A stretch of DNA of 64,000 nucleotides from an uncultured bacterium (GCA_965613025.1 CBFDUE010000001.1:80591-144590); one strand, 5' to 3'; shown: positions 9,802-18,398, counted from the first letter of the stretch. The notes: generated by a model from the sequence alone, not told the origin. Translations and numbers: made by a program.

Positions 9802-10328
9802 ATAAATCTTTTAATATCCTCTGGCCTAAAATCAAGATAATTAAAGATCTTCTCTTCTACCTTTCTACATAACATAAAATTCTTCTCAATCCTATCACAT
9901 ATCGCAGGATCATCCTTACCGTATTTGTCAAGGATATAGCTTAGCCTTTCATCCAGGCTCACCACCTCCTCTCCATTTACCCTCTTATCTGCATAATAGA
10001 CTATCTGCACCTCATCTATATCATCATAAGGGTCAAATCTATTAAGGACAATGTGATATCTGACTATCTGAGAGATCTTATCCAGGCCATGCTCTTTGCA
10101 GATCCGAGCACCTTCCTCTGCATGATCCTTTTCAGTTCCAATACATCGGTGTTTTGCAATATCATGAAGCAGTGCCCCGGCGCTGACAAGCGGAAATGAA
10201 AGCCCAAAGTTGAGATTTTTTAATATAAATGTGGCAATCCTTTCTACCACAATTGAATGCCTCATGATATGCAAAGGCATATCATGATATTTCATCAACC
10301 AGATGCACTCTTCAAATGATGGTATCAT
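9771..10328 (-). CDS. HD-domain metal-dependent phosphohydrolase; the last 10 codons and the stop are encoded by repeat copy 2
   Basis: HD motif LLHDIAKH. I prefer ATG 10328 (MIPSFEECIWLMKYH...) over the track's TTG 10364. The C-terminus ...DIKRF-MRALNFSKLS* reads through the 27-nt palindrome. Confidence 0.7.
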   Translation of the reverse strand: MIPSFEECIWLMKYHDMPLHIMRHSIVVERIATFILKNLNFGLSFPLVSAGALLHDIAKHRCIGTEKDHAEEGARICKEHGLDKISQIVRYHIVLNRFDPYDDIDEVQIVYYADKRVNGEEVVSLDERLSYILDKYGKDDPAICDRIEKNFMLCRKVEEKIFNYLDFRPEDIKRFMRALNFSKLS

Positions 10329-10370
10329 GGCAATTAAGATACATTTCTTGAAACTGAGGTTCAATAATTA

Positions 10371-11402
10371 TTAATGATCTTTTTTGCTGTCATTGCTTGG
10401 AAGCTTTATCTTTCCAATAAACATAAGTGATCCCAGATCAGATAAAAGTGATCCCACTGTCTCTATTGCCTTTCTGAATCTGGTATTCCTGATATATCTC
10501 CACCTCTTATCAATGGAAAAGTGCTCAGGGAGAGATAGGTTATGAAAGATGGGCAGTTTTCCTCTTTTAATATCAGAGGAGTGGACCCGAATCCAGCCAT
10601 CTCCAAAAGGAATAACATCCATTACATACTGAATAAAGACCTGCCCCATATCAAATACCCTTCCTATTACCCTGGATGCCCCCCTTCCCAAGGAACCAAT
10701 TGTGGAATCTGGAACCACCTCTAAGAGATTCCAGATTCCCAGCACAAGATCCTTTGTAATATGAACAATACTATTGCATACTCCCTGAAACAGATCATAA
10801 AATAGTGCTTTTTTAAGCTTTCTAAAAGGATAGACAATCCTATCCCATATCCCCTTGATCTTTTTAGAGGAGAATATACCAAAGCTTATTCCATCACCCA
10901 GATCCTTAAAAAAATCCCTGATAGATGCAAAAAGCCCCCTTCTCCTTGATCTGTGTATATTCCCATCCCTGCCCTTCCAGTAAAATTCTGCACCTTGAAT
11001 AAGATCCTTAAGTAAATTTTTAAAATTGAGATACGCATCAGCCAAATCCTTCCAGATTCTTTTACCAAATGTCTTCTGATCCGTATCTTCCATCTCTACC
11101 CTATCTGAGTTAAAGTAATAATCATCTCCTCCTGGTGCACTCAATAGCTGATCTTCCATATAGACCTTTAGACCATAAAGAGGAAGATTGATATTCCCTA
11201 TATGGGAAATTTCTTCCTCTCTTCTGATATACAAATCATAATAACCTATCAGGGTGGGAACCCTTTTGACAGTATAATCTTTTGATGTATCTGAGCCTAT
11301 GGTAGAGTTCAGAATATCTGTAAAAGAATCCTTCTTTACTCTCACTGAGACTCTACCTTCAACCTGGGACTTGATATGAGGATTTAATTCATATATCTTC
11401 AT
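10371..11402 (-). CDS. Hypothetical protein, no recognisable domain (orphan)
   Basis: 343-aa ORF, first gene of the minus-strand string. It has no motif I can place and no clear TM helix or signal peptide. Confidence 0.5.
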   Translation of the reverse strand: MKIYELNPHIKSQVEGRVSVRVKKDSFTDILNSTIGSDTSKDYTVKRVPTLIGYYDLYIRREEEISHIGNINLPLYGLKVYMEDQLLSAPGGDDYYFNSDRVEMEDTDQKTFGKRIWKDLADAYLNFKNLLKDLIQGAEFYWKGRDGNIHRSRRRGLFASIRDFFKDLGDGISFGIFSSKKIKGIWDRIVYPFRKLKKALFYDLFQGVCNSIVHITKDLVLGIWNLLEVVPDSTIGSLGRGASRVIGRVFDMGQVFIQYVMDVIPFGDGWIRVHSSDIKRGKLPIFHNLSLPEHFSIDKRWRYIRNTRFRKAIETVGSLLSDLGSLMFIGKIKLPSNDSKKDH

Positions 11403-11435
11403 GATAAAACAATTTAAAGCAAATTAAGTGCCAAA

Positions 11436-12164
11436 ATGAGATTTCTCTCTGCCTTTATTTCATTCATAATCTTTTTCACATATATAACCCCCTGTTTAGG
11501 AACGTCTTTCCACTATTTAAGGGAAAAGATGGTAAGGGAACAGCTTGAGTTCCCTTTAGATGGAAGAACTCCTATCCGTGATAGACGCGTTCTTTGGGCA
11601 ATGAAGACTGTTCCACGTCACCTCTTTGTGCGAAAAGAGGATATGTTACGTGCCTATGAAGATCATCCTCTTCCCATAGGATGGGGACAGACCATATCCC
11701 AGCCCTATATAGTGGCCCTTATGACAGAGATGCTAAAGCTTGCTCCCCATCACAGAGTGCTTGAAATCGGGACAGGCTCAGGCTATCAGGCAGCAGTACT
11801 TTCTTTGCTTTGCAAAGAGGTGTATAGTATAGAGATAATTGAATCCCTTGCTAAAGAGGCAATCAAAAGGCTTCAAAGATTGGGGTATAAAAATATCAGA
11901 GTAAAGATAGGTGATGGATATTATGGCTGGCCAGAATATGCCCCTTTTGATAGGATCATTTTAACCTGTGCCTTTCCCAAGGTGCCTCCTCCACTTATAA
12001 AACAGTTAAAAAGAGGAGGGTTACTCTGCATGCCCTTAGGGCCAAGATATGGTATCCAGTATCTTACAATTTTATTTAAGATGAAGGATGGAAGTTGCAG
12101 GATTAAAAAGGAAACTCCTGTAAGATTTGTCCCCATGATAAGGAAAAAGAATTTATCTGAATAA
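11436..12164 (+). CDS. pcm: Protein-L-isoaspartate O-methyltransferase with N-terminal signal/TM segment
   Basis: 242 aa. PIGWGQTISQPYIVALMTE and the SAM motif VLEIGTGSGYQAAVLS. Confidence 0.9.
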   Translation: MRFLSAFISFIIFFTYITPCLGTSFHYLREKMVREQLEFPLDGRTPIRDRRVLWAMKTVPRHLFVRKEDMLRAYEDHPLPIGWGQTISQPYIVALMTEMLKLAPHHRVLEIGTGSGYQAAVLSLLCKEVYSIEIIESLAKEAIKRLQRLGYKNIRVKIGDGYYGWPEYAPFDRIILTCAFPKVPPPLIKQLKRGGLLCMPLGPRYGIQYLTILFKMKDGSCRIKKETPVRFVPMIRKKNLSE

Positions 12165-12188
12165 TTTTACAGCCTTATTAATATTAGC

Positions 12189-12216
12189 TTGACATTAAAA
12201 GTTTAAGAAAAATAAT
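12189..12216 (+). promoter_or_regulatory. Candidate sigma70-type promoter upstream of repeat copy 3 and ffh
   Basis: TTGACA (12189-12194), 16-nt spacer, AATAAT (12211-12216). If used, repeat copy 3 lies in the ffh 5' leader. Confidence 0.3.
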
Positions 12217-12233
12217 TTAAAAATTTTAGATTT

Positions 12234-12386
12234 GAGAGCTTTGAAAAATTCAAAGCTCTCAGAAAAGAGTTGTAATTATGGGTTATTTTAAGTAAATCTT
12301 TGGGGGTCTGGTCTCCGACCCAGAGGGTCATCCGACCTGGAGGGGGGTGTAACCCCCAGTGTAAAAGGGGGTTATGCAAAGCTCTC
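12234..12386 (+). mobile_element. MITE-like modular repeat, copy 3 (A-B-C(2 units)-D)
   Basis: Palindrome at 12234-12260. C units at 12311-12343. Ends ...GGGGGTTATGCAAAGCTCTC at 12386. Only a weak AGAT flank repeat. Confidence 0.7.
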
Positions 12387-12410
12387 AGATCTATAAAATA
12401 CGGAAGGAAG

Positions 12411-13727
12411 ATGTTTGAGAGGCTAAGTGATAGGTTAAATCGCACATTTAAGAAATTAAAAGGCCAAGGGAAACTCACTGAAAAGAATATCCAGGATGCT
12501 CTGAAGGAGGTTCGGATTGCCCTTCTTGAGGCAGATGTCCACTATAGGATTGTAAAGAGATTTATAGGAAAGATAAAAGAGAGGGCAATTGGGGAAGAGG
12601 TCTTAGATAGTCTAACCCCTACTCAACAGGTCATAAAGATAGTAAATGAAGAGCTTATAAGATTAATGGGTGGGGAAAGGGAGGATCTGAGATTATTGGG
12701 AAGACCCCCCTTTAAGATAATGCTTGTGGGACTTCAGGGATCAGGAAAGACTACCACAGCAGGTAAATTAGCACTCTTTTTGAGAAAGAGGGGAAGGAAT
12801 CCCATGCTTGTTCCAGCGGATATCTATAGACCTGCAGCAATTGACCAATTAAAGAAGCTTGCTGATAACATCTCCATGCCCATATATCTTCCTGAAGATG
12901 GTATGAAACCTGAAGATATATGTGAAAAGGCGATTTCCATGACCTCCCATTTTGGCTCAGATACGGTCATAATAGACACTGCAGGTAGATTACATATTGA
13001 TCAGGAGCTGATGGAGGAGCTGGTCAGGATTAAACAGAGAATTGATCCTACAGAGATACTGCTTATTGCGGATGCAATGACAGGGCAAGATGCGGTAAAT
13101 GTGGCAAGGGAATTCAATGAAAGGCTAAATATCACAGGGGTCATTCTTACCAAAATGGATGGAGATGCAAGGGGTGGGGCCGCCCTTTCCATAAGGGAGG
13201 TAACCCAAACCCCAATCAAATTTATAGGCACAGGTGAAAAGTTAAGTGCATTAGAGCCATTTCATCCAGATAGAATGGCATCCAGAATACTTGGCATGGG
13301 TGATGTGCTATCCCTGATTGAGAAGGCTCAGGAAGAATTTGATGAAAAGATGGCAATAAGATTTCAAGAAAAGTTAAAGAGAAGGGAGTTTGATCTGGAA
13401 GATTTCAGGGACCAGATACGGCAGATGAAGAAGCTGGGGTCTTTACAGCAGATACTCAGTCTGATTCCTGGACTTGGCCGATTGAAGCAATTGAAGCATA
13501 TGGAAATTGATGATAGAGAGCTTATAAAGATAGAGGCCATTATAAATTCCATGACAAAGGAGGAGAGAAGAAACTATAAGATCATAAATGCCAGTAGAAA
13601 AAAGAGGATCGCAAAGGGAAGTGGCACAAGTGTTCAGGATGTCAACAGATTGTTAAAGAATTTTGCAAAGACAAAGAGAATGATGGAGGAATTTACAAGA
13701 AAAGGGTTGCCAAGTATCTTCAATTAA
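12411..13727 (+). CDS. ffh: Signal recognition particle protein Ffh
   Basis: Start moved to ATG 12411 (MFERLSDRLNRTFKKL) with GGAAGGAAG upstream. The 37 extra codons of the track ORF (TTG 12300) are read-through of the repeat. GTPase motifs GLQGSGKTTT, DTAGR and TKMDGD, plus a Met-rich M domain. Confidence 0.95.
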   Translation: MFERLSDRLNRTFKKLKGQGKLTEKNIQDALKEVRIALLEADVHYRIVKRFIGKIKERAIGEEVLDSLTPTQQVIKIVNEELIRLMGGEREDLRLLGRPPFKIMLVGLQGSGKTTTAGKLALFLRKRGRNPMLVPADIYRPAAIDQLKKLADNISMPIYLPEDGMKPEDICEKAISMTSHFGSDTVIIDTAGRLHIDQELMEELVRIKQRIDPTEILLIADAMTGQDAVNVAREFNERLNITGVILTKMDGDARGGAALSIREVTQTPIKFIGTGEKLSALEPFHPDRMASRILGMGDVLSLIEKAQEEFDEKMAIRFQEKLKRREFDLEDFRDQIRQMKKLGSLQQILSLIPGLGRLKQLKHMEIDDRELIKIEAIINSMTKEERRNYKIINASRKKRIAKGSGTSVQDVNRLLKNFAKTKRMMEEFTRKGLPSIFN

Positions 13728-13761
13728 TTAATACTAATTAAGGAGGTAGAGAAAAGAGGGA

Positions 13762-14004
13762 ATGGCTGTAAGAATAAGATTAACTCGCATGGGCGCTAAA
13801 AAGAGACCGTTTTATAGGATAATAGCAGCGAATTCAGAGTCTCCAAGAGACGGAAAATTTTTAGAGATCTTAGGATATTATGACCCTAAAAAAGATCCTC
13901 CTGAAATTAAGGTAGATGCACAAAAGGTAAAATATTGGCTTGAAAAAGGCGCAAAACTTACAGAAGCAGCAGGGGCAATACTAAAAAGAGAGGGTATAAT
14001 TTAG
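13762..14004 (+). CDS. rpsP: 30S ribosomal protein S16
   Basis: 80 aa, MAVRIRLTRMGAKKRPFYRI... Confidence 0.95.
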   Translation: MAVRIRLTRMGAKKRPFYRIIAANSESPRDGKFLEILGYYDPKKDPPEIKVDAQKVKYWLEKGAKLTEAAGAILKREGII

Positions 14005-14060
14005 ATCAGTTAATTTTAGATGTGGTGTTGAAGTGAATAAAAATAGGTAGGAGGAGGAAT

Positions 14061-14297
14061 ATGGAGATGAAAGATTTAGTGGCTTATATGGCAAAGGCTT
14101 TAGTGGATCATCCGGAACAGGTAAAGGTCACTGAAATTCAAGGGGAGCAGACATCAGTAATTGAGCTCAAAGTGGCCAAAGAGGATCTGGGAAAGATCAT
14201 TGGAAAGCAGGGAAGGACCGCACGGGCTATGAGGACTATTCTGAGTGCAGCCTCTACCAAGATCAATAAGAGGTGTGTCTTAGAGATTATTGAATAG
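14061..14297 (+). CDS. KH-domain RNA-binding protein (YlqC/KhpA-like)
   Basis: 78 aa. [18 protein letters not shown] matches the KH GXXG motif. Occupies the conserved slot between rpsP and rimM. Confidence 0.85.
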   Translation: MEMKDLVAYMAKALVDHPEQVKVTEIQGEQTSVIELKVAKEDLGKIIGKQGRTARAMRTILSAASTKINKRCVLEIIE

Positions 14298-14835
14298 TCC
14301 TAAACAGCCATCCCCTGAGCGGCTGGTCTTAATAGCTAAGATAACCCGTCCCCATGGTCTGGATGGGTGTGTAAGGATTCAGTCGTTTGCCTGTTCAGAG
14401 GATTCCTTTTTATCCTCAGGAAGTGTCTATATAAGACCAGAGGGAAAGGATTATTATTTTGAATACAGGGTCTTAGATATCAGACCCCATAAAAATGTCT
14501 ATCTTCTTAGACTTGAAGGGGTAGGTTCTCGCACTCAGGCTGAATCGCTCAGAGGTGCTTCCATCTTTGTGGATAAGAGGAATCTTAAAAAGGAAGAAGG
14601 GGAATATTTCTGGTTTGAGATCCTGGGTATGAAGGTCTATCTTCAGGATGGAAAGTATATAGGAACAGTAAAGAATATAATGGAAACGGGCAGCAACGAT
14701 GTATTTGTTATAAGAAGAGGGGAAAAGGAGATCCTTATTCCTGCAATTGAAGATGTAATAAGGAATATAGATCTAAAAGAGGGGAAGATAATTGTAGAAC
14801 TCTTAGAGGGAATGGGCGAGATATATGAGATTTGA
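14290..14835 (+). CDS. rimM: 16S rRNA processing protein RimM
   Basis: 181 aa from a TTG start (start uncertain). [16 protein letters not shown] and a C-terminal PRC barrel. Conserved synteny. Confidence 0.85.
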   Translation: MNSPKQPSPERLVLIAKITRPHGLDGCVRIQSFACSEDSFLSSGSVYIRPEGKDYYFEYRVLDIRPHKNVYLLRLEGVGSRTQAESLRGASIFVDKRNLKKEEGEYFWFEILGMKVYLQDGKYIGTVKNIMETGSNDVFVIRRGEKEILIPAIEDVIRNIDLKEGKIIVELLEGMGEIYEI

Positions 14836-15565
14836 TATATTAACCCTATTTCCAGAAATCTTTTCAGGCCTTATCAGTAGTGGTGTATTGGGAAGGGCTG
14901 TTAAAAAAGGGATCTTGGAGATCAATCTTATAAATATCAGGGATTTTGGCTGTGGGCCTCATAAGATAGTAGATGATAGGCCCTTTGGTGGTGGAGCAGG
15001 GATGGTGATGAAGGTATCGCCCATATATAAGGCACTTAAATCCATAGAGCTGCTTAGTGGTAGATCAGTTGTTATAATGCTAAGCCCTCAGGGAGAGCTG
15101 TTTGATCAGGATATGGCAAGAGAATTGCTTTCATTTAAGCAGATTGTTTTAATATGTGGTAGATATGAAGGAGTGGATGAAAGGGTGAGATTATATTATG
15201 TGGACAGGGAGATATCCATAGGTGACTATATACTGAGTGGGGGTGAATTGGCCGCAATGGTGATAATAGATGTGATTGGAAGGCTGATTCCTGGGGTATT
15301 ACACAGCAAAGATTCTCTGAGTGAAGAGACATTTAGCAATGGCCTTTTAAAATATCCCCAATATACACGTCCCAGAGAATTTGATGGTAAAAAGGTGCCT
15401 GAAGTGCTTCTATCGGGAGATCATGAAAGGATAAAGAGATGGAGGAGGAAGGAGTCCTTAAAGAGGACACTGCTTAGAAGACCTGAATTACTTAAAAAGG
15501 CTCTATTAAGTGATCAAGATAAAAAGGTATTAGAAGAGTTAAAAAGGGAGCTAAATATATCGTGA
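14825..15565 (+). CDS. trmD: tRNA (guanine37-N1)-methyltransferase
   Basis: 246 aa. [23 protein letters not shown] and the SPOUT knot region YILSGGELAAMV. Confidence 0.95.
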   Translation: MRFDILTLFPEIFSGLISSGVLGRAVKKGILEINLINIRDFGCGPHKIVDDRPFGGGAGMVMKVSPIYKALKSIELLSGRSVVIMLSPQGELFDQDMARELLSFKQIVLICGRYEGVDERVRLYYVDREISIGDYILSGGELAAMVIIDVIGRLIPGVLHSKDSLSEETFSNGLLKYPQYTRPREFDGKKVPEVLLSGDHERIKRWRRKESLKRTLLRRPELLKKALLSDQDKKVLEELKRELNIS

Positions 15566-15568
15566 CAA

Positions 15569-15792
15569 GGGCTTTGAATTTTTCAAAGCTCTCATAAAAA
15601 AGCTGTAAATGGAATCTGTCATTGCGAGGGTCTTAAAAGACCCGAAGCAATCTATAAAAGGTATGAGATTGCTTCGCTTCGCTCGCAATGACAGGGGTCT
15701 GGTCTCCGACCTGGAGGGTCATCCGACCCGGAAGGTCTCCGACCCGGAGGGGGGTGTAACCCCCAGTGTAAAAAAGTTATGCAAAAGTCTCG
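15569..15792 (+). mobile_element. MITE-like modular repeat, copy 4 (degenerate A, truncated B with nested foreign repeat, C(3 units), D)
   Basis: Flanked by 8-nt direct repeats CGTGACAA at 15561-15568 and 15793-15800. C units at 15702-15750. The ATG at 15779 lies inside module D. Confidence 0.8.
15611..15693 (+). repeat. Nested palindromic repeat of a second family (TGTCATTGCGAG...CTCGCAATGACA)
   Basis: Outer 12-bp arms at 15617-15628 and 15682-15693. Inner 9-bp arms GAAGCAATC/GATTGCTTC at 15644-15652 and 15667-15675. Mini-hairpin GGTCTT-AA-AAGACC. It replaces about 26 nt of module B, and one frame translates to ...LLRFARNDR. Confidence 0.7.
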
Positions 15793-15793
15793 C

Positions 15794-16357
15794 GTGACAA
15801 ATCTATTTATAGCCCTTCTTCACTATCCTGTATACAATAAGAATTATATAGAGACCGCATCTGCCATTACAACACTGGATATACATGATATTGCACGGGT
15901 TGCAAGGACCTACGGAGTAAGAAGATATTTCATTGTCACACCCCTAAGGGATCAAAGGGAGTTGGCATATAAGGTCATCAAACACTGGACAGATGGATAT
16001 GGATCGGTGTATAATCCTTTAAGAAAAGAGGCACTAAAGCTGGTATCCATTAAATCATCCCTTGACGAGGTCATTGAAGATATAGAGAGGGTGGAGGGCA
16101 AAAGGCCCATTTTAATTGCAACGGATGCCAGAAGATATAATGATAAAAAGATGATTAGTTATGAAGGATTGAGGAAACTCATAATGCAGGAGAGATTAAT
16201 TCTTATCCTATTTGGAACCGCATGGGGTCTAACAGAGGAATTTATAAACAAGATGGATATGTTATTGGAGCCAATTGAAGGTTATACAGATTACAATCAC
16301 CTATCTGTTAGATCAGCGGCTGCTATTATATTAGATAGGCTATTGGGAAAAAATTGA
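15794..16357 (+). CDS. SPOUT-type RNA methyltransferase (Methyltrn_RNA_4/DUF2168-like) of the trmD-rplS locus
   Basis: [18 protein letters not shown]...[16 protein letters not shown] matches my memory of this family. GTG 15794 is the reconstructed ancestral start; the track ORF starts at the repeat-borne ATG 15779 (5 extra codons, MQKSR). Confidence 0.6.
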   Translation: MTNLFIALLHYPVYNKNYIETASAITTLDIHDIARVARTYGVRRYFIVTPLRDQRELAYKVIKHWTDGYGSVYNPLRKEALKLVSIKSSLDEVIEDIERVEGKRPILIATDARRYNDKKMISYEGLRKLIMQERLILILFGTAWGLTEEFINKMDMLLEPIEGYTDYNHLSVRSAAAIILDRLLGKN

Positions 16358-16370
16358 GGAGGATTGGATC

Positions 16371-16712
16371 ATGGATATCATAAGAAAGATTGAAAAAGAG
16401 CAGATGAGGCTTGATATTCCGGATTTCAAGGCAGGAGATACAGTAAGGGTGCATGTTAGGATTAAAGAAGGAGACAAGGAAAGGATTCAGGTATTTGAAG
16501 GCCTGGTTATAAGGAAACGGAGAGGAGGCACTGGAGCCACATTTACGGTAAGGCGTGTCTCTTATGGAATAGGTGTTGAGAGGATATTTCCCCTTCATTC
16601 CCCAGTTATTGAAAAGATAGAGGTGGTGAGCCGAGGAAAGGTAAGAAGGGCTCGTCTCTATTATATCAGAAATCTAAGGGGAAAGGCTGCCAGAATTAAG
16701 GAAAAGAGATAG
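16371..16712 (+). CDS. rplS: 50S ribosomal protein L19
   Basis: 113 aa. [30 protein letters not shown]. Confidence 0.95.
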   Translation: MDIIRKIEKEQMRLDIPDFKAGDTVRVHVRIKEGDKERIQVFEGLVIRKRRGGTGATFTVRRVSYGIGVERIFPLHSPVIEKIEVVSRGKVRRARLYYIRNLRGKAARIKEKR

Positions 16713-16725
16713 TCTAACGGAATAG

Positions 16726-17334
16726 ATGACCTCTGATAATCTTCTCTTTGAAAAGGAGGCCTTAAATAAGGGTTATAGGCATATTGCCGGGGTGGATGAG
16801 GCGGGAAGGGGGCCCCTTGCAGGCCCTGTGGTTGCTGCAGCTGTCATACTTCCTGAGCTGAAGGAATATCCACGGATAAGGGATTCTAAAAAGATCTCCT
16901 CTTCTGAGAGGGAGAGGCTCTTTTCTCTTATTGTCAATGAGGCCATAGCAATAGGAGTTGGTGTGGTTTCAAAGGAATTTATTGAAAGGGAAAATATCCT
17001 AATTGCAAGCTTAGAGGCAATGAGAAGGGCTATATATTCTTTAGAAATTGTGCCCGATTTCATACTGGTTGATGGAATATATCCCATTCCCATATCCATT
17101 GAGCAGAGATGTATTAAAAAAGGAGATCAAAAGAGCCAATCCATCTCTGCTGCTTCAATTATTGCAAAGGTTTACAGAGACAGGATCATGGATGCCTATG
17201 ATGCAGAGTTTCCTCAATATGGATTTTCTAAAAACAAAGGGTATCCCACCAGAATGCATATTGAGGCACTCAAGATATACGGAGCCTCCCCTATACATAG
17301 GAAAACATTTAAGAGGGTCTGGTCTCAGAAATGA
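16726..17334 (+). CDS. rnhB: Ribonuclease HII
   Basis: 202 aa. GVDEAGRGPLAGPVVAAAV and the DSKK motif. Confidence 0.9.
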   Translation: MTSDNLLFEKEALNKGYRHIAGVDEAGRGPLAGPVVAAAVILPELKEYPRIRDSKKISSSERERLFSLIVNEAIAIGVGVVSKEFIERENILIASLEAMRRAIYSLEIVPDFILVDGIYPIPISIEQRCIKKGDQKSQSISAASIIAKVYRDRIMDAYDAEFPQYGFSKNKGYPTRMHIEALKIYGASPIHRKTFKRVWSQK

Positions 17335-17699
17335 CAATAAATAAAAGGCAACTAGGGAAAAGGGGGGAAGAGATTGCCCTAAGGCAGATAAGACGATTGG
17401 GGCTTAAGTGCATTGAGAAAAATTTTAGATGCCCTCTGGGAGAGATAGATATTATTGCAAGAGATAAGGACTGCATAGTCTTTTTAGAAGTCAGAACCAG
17501 AAGGGGAGTTGGGACAGGAATAATTAAAGAGTCTATAGATAAAAGAAAGAGGAGAAAGCTCTCTTCCTTGGCGCTCTATTATATGAAGAAAGAGAATCTC
17601 AGAGATCTAAGTGCGAGATTTGATGTAATGGTGATCTCCATAGGAGATAAGGGGTTTGATATGGAATACATTAAGGATGCCTTTAATATCTCCTATTGA
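17331..17699 (+). CDS. yraN: YraN/UPF0102 family endonuclease-like protein
   Basis: 122 aa. GEIDIIARD...VFLEVRTR. ATGA overlap with rnhB. Confidence 0.85.
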   Translation: MTINKRQLGKRGEEIALRQIRRLGLKCIEKNFRCPLGEIDIIARDKDCIVFLEVRTRRGVGTGIIKESIDKRKRRKLSSLALYYMKKENLRDLSARFDVMVISIGDKGFDMEYIKDAFNISY

Positions 17700-18394
17700 A
17701 AAAAGCTTTTATTATGGGAAGCTCAGGAAAGGTATATATGGTTGCAACTCCCATTGGAAATCTAAAAGATATTACTCTGAGGGCACTTGACACACTGAAT
17801 GAAGTGGATCTCATTGTCGCAGAAAGCATGAGCTATTCTAAGCGCCTTTTAAATCATTATGGGATAAGAAAGCCATTGCTAAGCCTTAATCAACATAACG
17901 AAAAAAAGAGGGTGTCAAAAATCGTCAAATTATTAAATGAGGGAAAATCAGTAGCCTATATAAGTAACGCCGGATCACCCGGGATATCTGATCCGGGAGC
18001 CTACTTGGTATCAAAGGCATATGAAAATGGGATACAGGTTGTGCCAATTCCAGGTCCTTCTGCAATAACCGCTGCATTGTCTGTATGTGGGATACCATCC
18101 AATTCGTTCATATTCTTGGGATTTCTACCAAGAAGGGGGGGAAAAAGGAAAAGATTGCTTGAAAATATAAGAGGAGAGGATAGGCCTGTTGTCTTATTTG
18201 AATCTCCTAATAGGATCTTAAAACTATTAGAGGAGATAAGGGAGATTTTGGGAAAGGAAACACAACTGGTTATCTTAAGGGAGATGACCAAGGCATTTGA
18301 AGAGATAAGAAGGGGAGATGTGGATAAGATCTTGGACTATCTCTCTAAAAAGGATATAAAAGGAGAGATAACTATCGTATTGTCTTTGCCTTAA
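17696..18394 (+). CDS. rsmI: 16S rRNA (cytidine1402-2'-O)-methyltransferase
   Basis: 232 aa. VATPIGNLKDITLRALDTL...DLIVAE, GSPGISDPG. Confidence 0.9.
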   Translation: MKKAFIMGSSGKVYMVATPIGNLKDITLRALDTLNEVDLIVAESMSYSKRLLNHYGIRKPLLSLNQHNEKKRVSKIVKLLNEGKSVAYISNAGSPGISDPGAYLVSKAYENGIQVVPIPGPSAITAALSVCGIPSNSFIFLGFLPRRGGKRKRLLENIRGEDRPVVLFESPNRILKLLEEIREILGKETQLVILREMTKAFEEIRRGDVDKILDYLSKKDIKGEITIVLSLP

Positions 18395-18398
18395 TGGT

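Noticed and set aside
7564-15792. CRISPR array interpretation of the recurring palindromic repeats.
   Set aside because: The copies are kilobases apart, separated by intact genes, 64-225 nt long with internal modules, and occur in both genomic orientations. No cas genes are present and there is no regular repeat-spacer periodicity.
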